In this document: in pieces, positions 18,365 through 30,300 of the stretch
How positions within the stretch are numbered: the stretch's first letter is position 1
Layout: each line of letters starts with the position of its first letter
IMG/VR virus record: IMGVR_UViG_3300048016_000221
Span: 1 to 39,943 of that record
DNA: 39,943 bases
Origin: a virus
Lineage: Duplodnaviria > Caudoviricetes
Reading direction: 5' to 3' (one strand)
Position numbers and translations under genes: made by a program
Notes under the pieces: model-generated
Database searches by the model: none
Seen by the model: the letters and a program-made list of their open reading frames with translations, nothing else
Told to the model about the DNA's origin: nothing

Positions 18365-21300
18365 ATGCCTGCCTACGTCGTAGAACTGGAGGGCGGAAAG
18401 AAGTTCCGTGTCGAGGCCGACTCGCCACCCACTGAGCAAGATATTCAGCAGTTCTTGGGAGAGGAATCGTCGGCCAAAGAGGAGCCTTTTCTCGACGTGT
18501 CTGACATTCTCAGCGCGGCAGGAGGGGCGGTCAAGGGTCTGCCCACCACCGTACCCCACGCTTTCAGGCAACTCTACTCCGGTCTTGATAACCCGTGGGA
18601 GCGCAGCACAGGGTATGAGGAGTCACAGAAAGCGAATGACACCTACGGGCAGGAACTGGAAGCCGCTAACCAAGCCGCCGTAGAGTCTGGCGACATCTCC
18701 ACCATGTCGAGAGGCATGCGTCAGGCAGGACAGTCTCTCGGCTTCAGTGGTGGAGCCATGGCGGCAGGGCTGGTCGGCAGCACCCTTGGTGGTACAGCCT
18801 ACGGTGCTGTGGGGCGCAGTCTGGGCGCAGTCGCTGGTCCTGGAGGAGCCATTGCTGGCGAGGCAATTGGCCGAGGTGCCGGTGCTTTGGCGGCAGGCTA
18901 CGGCGCAGCCTACCGCATGGCCGGAGCGCAGTTCCTCGACGATGCCCGCAAGGAGGTGGACGCGAAGTTTTTGCAGGTCGCGGGCAGGTTGCCAAACGCG
19001 GAAGAACAGGCTGAAGCATATCGGGAACTCAAACCTTTGGCAGAGGCTTTCGGTCACGCTGAAGCCGGCCCCGAAGCTATTGGCAACCTCGCTATGGCTG
19101 GCGCTGGGAAGTACGTGTTTGGCTTGGGAAAGAAGACTATTGAGAAGCTGGCTGCGGGCGCACTCAAGAAAACTGGGGCTGTTGCAGGAGGACTTGCCAC
19201 CGAGCTTGGTGGAGAAACCGCCACACAAGTCGAACAGAACCGCATCGAAGCGGACAAGCAGGCGCTACTTCAAGGTCAAGAGCCTGTTGCGCCGACACCT
19301 CGAACAGTGGAGGAGTATGCCCAAGCCTTCAAAGAGGTGGCCCCGGCCACGCTTGCCACGATGGGCTTGATGAGTTCGGTGCCAGCCGCCATGAAAGGGG
19401 CGAGCCTTCTTCGAGATGCGCTGTCAGGTGCTTACGACAAGGACAAGGCAGCACAAGAAGCTGAGTTCCCCGGTTCGTCGCCCTCCGCTCAAGGCATCTC
19501 CGATGACGAGAGCCGCGCCAACTTTGCGGCTGGAGGAAAGCCGGTCATTGACCCGACAACCGGCGACGTGAAGTACCTGCCGCCCGGCGTCACCCTCGAA
19601 GCTGCGGCAGCCCAGCGCGGGGACATGCGCAAGACCGCCGAAGCGGCAGCCAAGCGGGGTATCCCCGTCGAAGTGGATGGTCAGGTCATCGCCTACATCC
19701 CGCCCGACTCCGACCTCACGCCTGAGCAGGTGGCCGACTTTGCCGGTGAACCTGACACGCTCAAAGCGATGGCCCGCAAAGGCCAGATCACGCTGCCCGA
19801 GATCATCGCGCCTATCCCCGGCGTGCCTGAAGAGATTACGACGGCGATGAATGAGCAAGTTGCTGCTGCGGCAGCACTGGCCCCCGGCACAGTGGAGGCG
19901 TTGAAAGCGTCTGAGGCGGCAACACCCCCGCCAACCCGTCGCCAGCAAATCCAAGCGCGGTTGGCCGAGATCGAGAACCAATATGGTCCTCGCGAAGACG
20001 TGATTGTAGGTGCTGACGGAAACCCGACGCAGACCCGTCCTCGTCGCATCAACACCACCGAGGAAGATGCACTGTTGAAAGAGGTAGAAGGCATCAATGC
20101 TGCGGAGAACACCGCTCCGGTGCAATCTCCACGCGATCCAGCCAATGACGCCGAAGCTGCCAAGACTAAGGAGTTTACGCAGGCTGAAATTGATGCAAAA
20201 GAGAAGATTGGCGAAGGCTCTGAAAGTGAGGTGTATGCTGACGGAGACAAGGTGCTCAAAGTGTCTGAGTCATACAACCAAGCGGAAACGCTGGCCGAGC
20301 GTGTTGAGTATGCACTAAGGGCTGAGAAGCTGCTCGGTAATCTCAGTGGCTTGCAGTACGCAGGATTCCGGCGTGGCCGCAATGGTGTCCTCAATCCAGT
20401 CTTTTCGCAAAGGAGGATAGATGGTCCGAGCGCGAGCAGAGCACAGGTTCAAGAATTGTTCAGGGATCATGGCTGGACCGAGAATAGTGACGGCACTTTC
20501 TACATCGACACGGAGGCAGGCCGAGTCTCGACGCTCAGTGACCTCTATGATGGAGGCAACATCATTGTTGCAGAGGGCAAAGTCATTCCTCGCGATGTCG
20601 CCACGGTGGTAGAAGCCACCCCTACGCCACAAGTTTCCCCCGTTACCCCAGCAACAGAAACCCACGCCGACGCAGCTATCGTTGCTGCCACAGCCACAGA
20701 GGTGGCACCGACTGTAACGGATGAAATTCAACCTTCGGTCTTGACACCGGCTGCGGCAGAGTCAACCGCAGAAATTCAACCGGACGTGGAGACGTTCGAG
20801 CAAAAGGCGATCCCTAAACTCAGCAACCGCATTCAAGAGTTAGGTGGTTTGCTGACTGACTCGGAAGCATTTGGTGACAGCGAGTTTTACGACGGCACTT
20901 TCCCAATTCCTAGAACGGGTGGAGTGTTCGCTGCCAAAAGCACAAACAAATACCGAACCGACCCTGAGTACGCTCACAAGGTGGACTCCGCCATCAAAGA
21001 CATCACTGACACGATGGTTCGCGCCAACAGGCAGCGAATGATTCTGACTGGGGTGCCGGGGTCAGGGAAATTCGACGTGAACTTCTCGGTCGAGAAAGCC
21101 CGTGCTACTTACGGGGTCAACGTGGTTCGCGCATGGAACAACGAGGCTCGGCAGAAGTATCCGTACACCAGCAGGCTCGGCAACGTATCAGTCCGCGAGT
21201 CGCTGCAAAACAGTCTCGACGCAGTGCTCGGTGCAATAGAAACCAAGCAGATCAAGCAGGGTGAAATCTCCATCGACACAGAGACGCACGACCGGAAAGG

Positions 21301-24300
21301 GTTCATCGTCGAAGACAATGGAGTAGGCATGTCCGACGTGGATATTGGGGAGAAGTTTCTCTCGCTGCACTCTACTGGCAAAGCAGTTCAAGGAAGATTC
21401 GGCGGGTTCGGGATTGCGAAAGCCGTCATCCTCGGACCAAGTGAAACTGCGACGTGGACGCTCCAAACTCGCGACAACGAGTTTGATCACGACGCCGCAC
21501 AGGCGAACGAAGTGGTGCGCGGCGTCCCGTATCGCCAGGGCACCAAGATCGACGTGGTGACGCAGGATCGAATCATCGACGACGGTGCCAAGAAGTACGT
21601 AGAAACCACCGAGCTTCCGAAGAATGTCGTAGTGAAGTTCAATGGAGAAGCACCTGTGTATCCCTTCAAAGGGATGCGCAGTCCCATGAAGAAGACCGTC
21701 AAGGTCAATGACTCCACCTCGTACGACATCTCCTACTACCCGAAAGCCCCCGAAGGGTATGAGAATGTGAACGTCATTCGCTTGGTGGACCAGAAGACAG
21801 GTGCCAAGCTCACCCAGTCTCTATCCCCAGCAGGCAGCTACAACTTCAAAGGCGCATTTGTCATCGACATCACGACTACGGCGACCCCAGGATCGTCGGA
21901 GTATCCGCTTACCGACTCGCGGATGGAGATCAAGTATGGAGCACCTATGGAGGCCATTCGCGGCATCACGGAAAAAGTGGCCGTTGATCCTTATTCCACC
22001 AACCGTGGAGACGTTCCGAGTACGATGCGCAACACCTCGGACATGTCTGAGTGGAAGGACACTATTGCGGACGCCTACAACCCAGACGGAGGGTACCATA
22101 AACTTTTTGAAGTCATAAGCAACATCTGGGAGAAAACTGGGCAGTACTCAGGGTCTTCCAGCAAGCCCATCACACGCATTGAAGACCTGCGCATCAAAGT
22201 CGATACGGGGTACAAAGGGTATCGCGGGGGCACGACTTTCCACGCCAAACACCTCGCCGCCTACGAAGCTGTTTCTCGCCTGATGGCCCCTGATGCGGGT
22301 GCTCGCGTGACAGAGTTCTATGGGATGCTGTCTAAATCCGTAGATGGCAGCACTCGTGGGGCGGAACACGCTGCGGGCGGAGTGATGGGGTTTAACTTCC
22401 TCAACATCGACAAGACCGCGCTCAAGAGTCCTGTCAGCTACGCGCTATATCTGCGCGACTTGGTGGCGCATGAACTCACTCACGATTTCCACGACAGGCA
22501 CAATGAGGAGTTCACCTCCAAGGAGATCGAAGTTCAACGGGCGACGGCGCATCTGTTCCCCGACATTCTCAAGATCGCCGAAGCCACCCTTGGTCAGGAA
22601 TCTGGCCTTGGTGGTAAGACAAAAACAGTCACCAAGACGGTAGAGAAACGGGTGGAGGTTCCGGTCATCGTTGAAAAGGTGGTCGAAGTCGAAGCACCAA
22701 AAAGGGAAACAACACCGGAGGAGAAATATCTCCCTCCGCAACAACTGCAATTCATCTATGAAAACGCCGAGTTACCAACCACCAGTGAGGCCACGGACGA
22801 CCTCTATTATCCAAGACAAGAAGTTGCTGGAAACCTCTGGAGCCAGCCAATCAGAACAAGTGGAAGCTCTGCTCGACTCAGCAGCGAGGCAAAAGACACT
22901 GGAATTGGGAGCCGGACTCAACAGTCGGATTCATCAGGCTTTCCTGTCTCTAAGTCGGGAAGTGTGGGAGCTGGCGCAGTCGATGCGGGCGAAGGGTTAG
23001 ACTCCAGCACCGCTGCTGACCTGCGCGCTGCCTCGGTAAAGGTCACTTTCACCCACTCTACGAAGACTGAGCCGGGCAAAGGGCAGCAGTCTGGCTACTT
23101 CCCCGGCACCTATGCTTATGAGGACGGTACGCCAGAAGGGCTTCGCAGAACTTCTGAGGGGGAGAAGTTCACAGGGTCTCTCAGTGAGTCAGACATCTAC
23201 ACTGCTCAGGATGCAGAGCAGTTGAAGAAGGATGCCGCGAAAGCGGGGTTCGGGTACCACACTGGCAACGGTAACGCCGAGGTGAAGTATCTCCAATCTC
23301 TCGGATACAAAGCCATGCGTCGAGGCTCAACAGGCGGCACGGAGATCATCGTCTTTGATCACAACGACGCAGGATTTCAACGTGTCGCAGCGTCCCCCGC
23401 CATCAGCGCCGACCTGCGTGCCGCTGAGGCCACCAACACCGCCTACGCCAAGCACCTTGGCCTGCCGACCGCGCCCACGGTGGTCGAAGATGCAGGTGCA
23501 ATGCTGAAGCAGGCGATGCAACGCGCCGCCGATTCTCCGGCGCTGAAGAACAGCCCGTTGCTGCGCATGATCGCCAAGATTCTGGCGCGGCTCGACTTCG
23601 CCGGGTTGTCCCTTGAAGTGGTTGCCGAAGGCAAGGGAGATTTCGCGGGCAGCTACAACAGCGCCACACAGCGCGTGATGCTTGACCTGCGTGCCGTCGC
23701 CCGTGACAACTTGACCCTGCCCGCGAACCTGATCCATGAGCTGCTGCATCACTTCACGATGGAGAAGATCGCCAACCCGCTGACAGCGGTGGAGCGTCGT
23801 GCGGTGGCGCAACTGGAGAAGATTCGTGCGGGCGTTGAGCAGTATCTCAAGCAGCAGGGACTCGCCGAAAAGTATGATTACGAGATCGGCTCCTTGCGTG
23901 AGTTCGTGACGCACCTCGGCACCCGTGAGGACTTCGTCGATCTGCTCAAGAACATCCCGGCCAACTTCGTGCCACGCGCCCCCGGCACCAAGTTCCGCTC
24001 GGTGCTCTCCGACATCTCCCGCTGGCTGGCGGAACTTCTGTCCAACCGGCAGGTCGAACGCGGCTCCGCGCTGGAGCAGGCTATGGAGGCCGCACTGGCG
24101 CTGGTCCAATCACCGCAGCACCAGTTTGGAGGCGACGGGGTAGCACGGTCGCCCACGACAGGCCGCAACGCCAAGCTCGTCGCGTCCCTTCCCTCTGAGG
24201 TAGTGGCAGCGGCGGAGCGCATCGTGAGCACGGGCACTATCTCGGATGAAGATGCCACCATCATCAAGCAGAGCGCCGTTGCCTCGCTCCTGGATGAGGC

Positions 24301-27300
24301 CGATGACGCTGCCACGGTGGACAATCTGCGCGACCTCCTGGGCGTGGCGGACAGCAACTACGACCAGCAGAACGCCCAAGGTGGTGCGGCGGTCAACCAA
24401 GCCTTCGCTCAGCGCGTGGCGCTGAAAGAGTTGTCCAAGCGCGTGCATCGCGAGAAAGCACTCTCAGCGGCAGACGAGCAGTGGATTCGCGAGAACGCGC
24501 CGATGTATCTCGGCAAGACTCGTGACGCGACCCTGCGCAATGTCTCCCGTTTCTACGTCAACACTTTGACTTCTGAGAGCGACCACATCGCACACACGAT
24601 GGCCGGTGAGAAGGCCGAAGTGCCGCAGTTCATGCGCGATTCGCTGGAGACGGCGAAGGCGATGGCCGCAGCAGGCAAAACCAGCGAAGAGATTCGCGCC
24701 GTCACCGGCTGGTTTCCCGGCAAGTATGACGGGAAGATGCGTTGGGAGGTGCCTGACGAGGGGGCAAAGTTGCATAAAGACTGGCAAAGCAAGGACACGG
24801 TTGGTGAAGCGATAGACCACCCTGACTTGTTCAGAGCGTACCCAGAAGCCAGAGACATATATCTCAAGGAGTTGCTGCATCCGGGTATGGAAGCCGCATC
24901 GTACCAGGATGGTGTCATCCGTTTCAGAAAGTCTGCGAACCTGTCCATCCTGCTTCACGAAGTTCAGCACTGGATTCAGGAGCAGGAAGGCTTTGCAAAA
25001 GGGGGCGATTTTCGGATGGCTTTTGCTGACCCGAGAATGGGTGTCGGCTCAAAAGAGGGCATCCGTGGTGCCACCCGAATCTTGAAGCGTATTTTGGCGA
25101 ACATGCGAAAGCCCCTGTCCATGGAGGAGTTCGCCAAGAGCGCGTGGCAGTCGGATGTCGTGACTCCCGAAATTGAGGAGTCCTACAAGGAATATCTGGA
25201 GACAAAAAAGAAAGCGGGCACCGACTACAATCTGGAGAGGCTGGCGCAAGAGACTGCCGCTAAAGAGTGGTATCGAAATCTCGCTGGCGAGATCGAAGCC
25301 CGCGATGTCCAAGCCCGGCAGAACTTCACCCCCGAGCAGCGCAAAGCCATCGCCCCCTACTCCAGCGAGAACATCGCCAAGGAAGACGCCATCGTCATGT
25401 TCGGCAGCAACGGGCCGCAGGAGTCCCGAGGATACCGCTCCCCCGCCGACCTGCTGGCTGAGACAGCGGGCAAGCTCAAAGGGGAGGCCGCTGCCAAGCC
25501 CGGTGGACTCAGCAGCATGTTCAACCCGAAGCCGGGCAGACCGGCCACCGGTGAGCGCACGCTCTTTGAGACGCCGAAGGCTGCCGATCCAGTTTCTTCC
25601 CGCGTCAGCAACAAAACTGCGAGCGAAACGACCGAAAGTAATGAGAATCCGTCGCAGGTAACAAATATCGCCAACGCTGTTGATGCGGCAACCAATGCCG
25701 TCAAGACGGCGACTTCTATCGCAGAGGCTTCACCAACTCTTGAGACTTTGACAGTCGATGAATTGAAGCAGGTGGCGAGGAACACCGGCTATCCGGCTAC
25801 CGGAAGCAAGAAGGAACTGGTGCAGCGGCTGCTCAGTGCCGTGAACTACCGGGCCTCTGCCGTGGCTATCCGAGGCGATGCGGTTGTGCCGAATGTTCCC
25901 GTGGCGCAGCGCACGCCAGAACAGCAGGCGCGGTTTGATGAGGAGATGCGCCAAGCGGAAGCTGCCGCACCAAAGGCACTAAAGGTCCGCAAACCCGACA
26001 GATCACAAGAGGCGTTCAACCGCAACATGGGAGCGATCAGGTCCAGCCCCCTCGACCTCGCCGCCGCCTACCAGTCCGCCGCGCAAGGCAGCAGCACTTC
26101 AATGCTGCCGCTGGATGCCGTGTTTGCCGCAGCGCAGGCGGTGAACCCGTCACTCACCGAGGCCGCGTTCATCGACAGCGTGAAGCAGGCGTACGACGCG
26201 GGCACCGTGCTGCTGGAAGGCGCGGGCAGCCAGCGGGAGGCCGACAACGCAGGCATGACCATCCCCGGCATGCCCGTGGGCACGGTGGTACGGATGATGG
26301 TGCCAGAATCAACCAGTCCAACTTATGCAGCACCCATCAACCCAGCACAATCCGATGAACACCGAGGAGGAACCTCTGACCCAGCGACAGGAGGCAGCCA
26401 AGATAATGCACCGGTTTCACCGGAGCTTGACGCCCGCAGAAAAGAAGCAATTTCCGCAGCAGTGGCTGAACACGACTGGGGAAACTACACGCGAGAGCAG
26501 AAGGTGGCGGCGGCAGAATCTTTCCTCACGAAGTGGGTATCTCCCGTTCGTGCATTGGAGTTCCCCGCTGATGTTGGAATCCGTGTCTCGGTTGGAGATG
26601 GCAGTGGAGCGAATGTCACGGTCCATGAGGTTCCTTCGCAACCAGTGGGTGTCGTCGTCAACGTAGGGCAGAGCCGAGTTATCGACAAATACGCAAACCT
26701 CGCCCCTGAGCAAGTGTTCGCTCACTTGTATGACTCCGCTCAGGAGGAGATAATTCATGTGGCCCACTACCTCGGCATCTACCGCCAGTGGCAGGCTACA
26801 CGAGTCAAAGGAGACACCACCAAATTCCTGCCGTATCTCAAGCGCAAGCTCAAGGAGACCTTTGATCAGATGAACCAGGCTCGCTTGGACCTGCAACAGA
26901 CCAACCCTGCTGCCGCCCAGAAGATCAAAGATGCCATGCTGGCGTCGTGGAACCTCTACCATCGTGACGACCCTGTTACCGGCATTGCCGGTTTGTGGAA
27001 CCGGCTGGAAGGCAAGCCAGAGGCGCAGATGGATTTCACGTCAGAGATGGTTCGCATGCTCACCCAGCTTAAACGCCAAGACTTCACTACCGAGACCGGC
27101 TGGCAGAAGTTCCGCAGCATGCTGGCGAAGTGGCTCACCGACGCCATCAACGCGCTGCGTGGTGCGCAGGACGTGTTCCGCTCAGGCATGGCCGGTGATC
27201 TGATCCAACGACAACTCGCTGACCTCGAAGCCGCGCTGGACGGCAGGCCGCTGCCACCGGGACCGGCGACGAAGCTGGCGCTGGACGTGCGCTTTGCTGA

Positions 27301-30300
27301 ACTCACGGCGTCACTGCCAGAGGAGATGACCGCTGAGGACATTGCCACCTTCAAGGCTGAGCACCCGGCTGAATATGCCGAGCTTGAGGCGATGCGGGCG
27401 GAGGTGCTGAAGGCTGGTGGGTGGGACGTGGGGCCGGTTTACCACGGAACATACGGCGGCGTGGCTGCTTTTGATGATCCCGTTTTTAACACACAGCGGG
27501 CTGGTGGTGTGTGGTTTTCTACCAATCGGGAGTATGCAGATGGTTTTGCTAGGGGTAGATCAGACGCTTTTTATGTAAAAGCTGATAACATATTGGATGT
27601 TGATTTGGACGTTATCGAGAAGCCTTCCGAAGACGACGTAAATGGCGCGGTAAATTCTGGTTATGACGCGCTACGGTATGAGGGGCAAGAAGGAGACAGT
27701 GACGGAGGGCAGATATTTGTCTTCGACCCCAACCAAATCAAATCCGCCGACCCGCTCTCACCCGGCCCGAAAATCCCGCCGAGCCAGTGGGGCGACGACT
27801 CTTCACCGCTGATCACCCGTGCGGCACCGATGCGCGCTGACACGGCACGGCAGCGGGAGGCCGATAAAGTGTTCGGCGTGATGAAGGAAGACGACCGTTT
27901 CGAGGAAGGCGTGGACATGTACGACCGGCTCAAGGCCAAGCCGTCGCAGCCTTCCGCTGGCAACAGCACGCCACCACGGTTTACCAACGCCGCGCAGTTT
28001 GCCGCCGAGTTTGAAGCGGCGTTCCTGCGAGGTGACTTCGACTACTTCCTGGAAGCCCTCAAGCAATCCGACCGTCACATCTATGTGCCGGAGATGAAGA
28101 AGTACCTGCTGGCGACGAAGCTCGACCCGACGGACAAATACGCCGCCGACCGATTGGACTGGTTCCGCAGCGCCATCGCAGGCACGGTGCCTGCCACGGC
28201 CAAGCCGCAGACCAAGACCAAGCCGCCTCCGCCTCCTGCCGGAGCCGCCGCGACACCGCCACCTCCTGCCGCGACACCGCCACCTCCTGCCGCGACACCG
28301 CCGCCCAAAGCAGGTGTCTCCAATCGCCCCATGCTGACTCTGAACCCTCCAGCGATGGGGCTGATTGCCCGGATGCTCGGCGCAGGCATTCGCATCAACG
28401 AGCTACTGCGTCGGGCACGCGGCACAGCCGTGGTCAATTTTGCCGACGGGTCCGAACTTCAACTCAGCGAACATCTGTTCAAAGACCCGGTGCAAGCGGC
28501 CAAGACTTTGGCGCACGAGATCGGTCATCTGTTTGATGCCATGCCTGCCAGCGGCATCGGCCAAAAGCTGGCAGGCAGAATTGCCCCGCTCGGAGACTTC
28601 CGCAAAGTATTCGGTGACGACCTTGCCGACTGGTCCATGGAAGGTGGCAAAAAGATGAAGCTCTCCAAGATCAACAGCCTGATCCTCGCCGAACTGGTGG
28701 CGCTGTCGAAGAAGTGGAGAGGCGACTTCACCTACAAGCCCGGCACCTATCGCAGCAAAGGCAGCGAACTGTACGCCGACTTCATCTCCGCCATCCTCAA
28801 TGACCCTCAGTGGGCGGCGAAGAATGCGCCGTATTCTACGTTGGGTTTCCTCAATGCGTTGGAAGACCAGCAGAAGCCGGAAGTTGATGAAGCCTACCGG
28901 CTGGTCGTCAGCCTCGTCCAAGGCGGCTCGCTCTACAAGGCACTGGCAGAGGCCGACGAGACCAAGTCCACGACCGCACTGGAACGGCTGATCGCGAAGT
29001 CCAGCGCCCTGATGCGGGCGAAGAAGACTCTCAACGACGCCACCCGTGGCCTGTACCGCTCCATGTTCGGCAAGTGGTTGCCCACCGCCATCCGCGATGG
29101 CGGTATCTGGAAGTCCTACTGGAAGCGCATCAAGAGCGTCGGCACTTTGAAAGACTACAACTGGGCGCAGGAAGAGGCTTCGCAGTTCGCAGTGCGCCAG
29201 ATCGCACGATTTGATGACGCCATGGCGAATGCCGTTGGTGTCCCGATGAAGCTGGCTGGCATCAGCCCGGAGTATCTGCAACGGCTGCAAACCAACAACC
29301 GCATCATCCATGAACGCCGCCGCGTGGGCGTGCTGATCGAGCAAGACCCGGCGAAAGCGCGGGAGCTTTTGAAGTGGATGATTGACGCTGGTTTGCTGGG
29401 CCAGGACGTGCAGGATGAAGTGGACGGCGCCGCCGACGCCGATCTCTATGCCATGACCGCCAAGGTGATTTACAAGCTGCACGAAAATGGTGAGAGTTTC
29501 GAGCGGGCGCTGAAAGCCGCACGGCGCAAGGACGCCCCTGCCGATGCCGAGAAAGCCTTGTATGCCTTCGATGTGTCCGGCTTCATGCTCAATCCCAATG
29601 TGCATACCATGGAGACTGCCGAGGCCGACAACGCCGACCTCAAGCAGACGCTCGGGCCGAACCTGTTTGGCGAGCTGGAGCGCATCAACGAGGGCTACCA
29701 CGATCTCATCAAGCGCACCATGATCGAGGCCAACAACCTCGGCCTGTTCCGCCCGAGCACCTGGGAAGACGTGATCGTGCCGAACTTCGGCGTGTACGTG
29801 CCGTTCATGCCGATCAAGTACTTCACCGGACGTGTGGGAGGCGGCATCGGCCCGGCGCGTGTTGGCACCGCGCACGACCTGATAGCCCCACATGTGGTGG
29901 GCACCCTCAAGATGCACGCGCTGATCCACCGCATGCAGCGGCAGAAGCAGGCGCACATCCTACTGGACTTCTTCAACACCAACGGCTTCAGCAACGACCT
30001 GGAGCCGGTGGAGGACGAGAACTTTGACCAAGCCAAGGCGGACGAACTCACCCGGCACTCGAAGCACACCATCTCCTACCTTCCCTACTGGGACAACGGT
30101 GAGTACAAGTGGGTGAAAATCAATGGCACGGATGCCGTGCCGCTGGTGCAAAACTCCGACCCTGACGATCTCGCTGCACTCTACAAGGTGATGCGCTCCA
30201 ACACCAACTTGTGGCGGTTGAACTTCACCATCTTCTCCATCGGCTTCAACATCAACAACGCCCTGCGCAACATCGCGTCCCCGGCTGCCGACATCGGCCC

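Noticed and set aside
21040-21075. P-loop-like ILTGVPGSGKF in the giant protein
   Set aside because: It lacks the S/T after Lys, no Walker B follows, and the next domain is a GHKL ATPase; treated as chance or a remnant.
28403-29956. 517-aa antisense ORF (and similar ones at 5584-6462, 14614-15567, 15810-16730, 16967-17929, 29960-30946, 34658-35554)
   Set aside because: These are shadow ORFs expected opposite GC3-biased genes; they have no recognisable motifs and the opposite strand carries the motif-bearing proteins.
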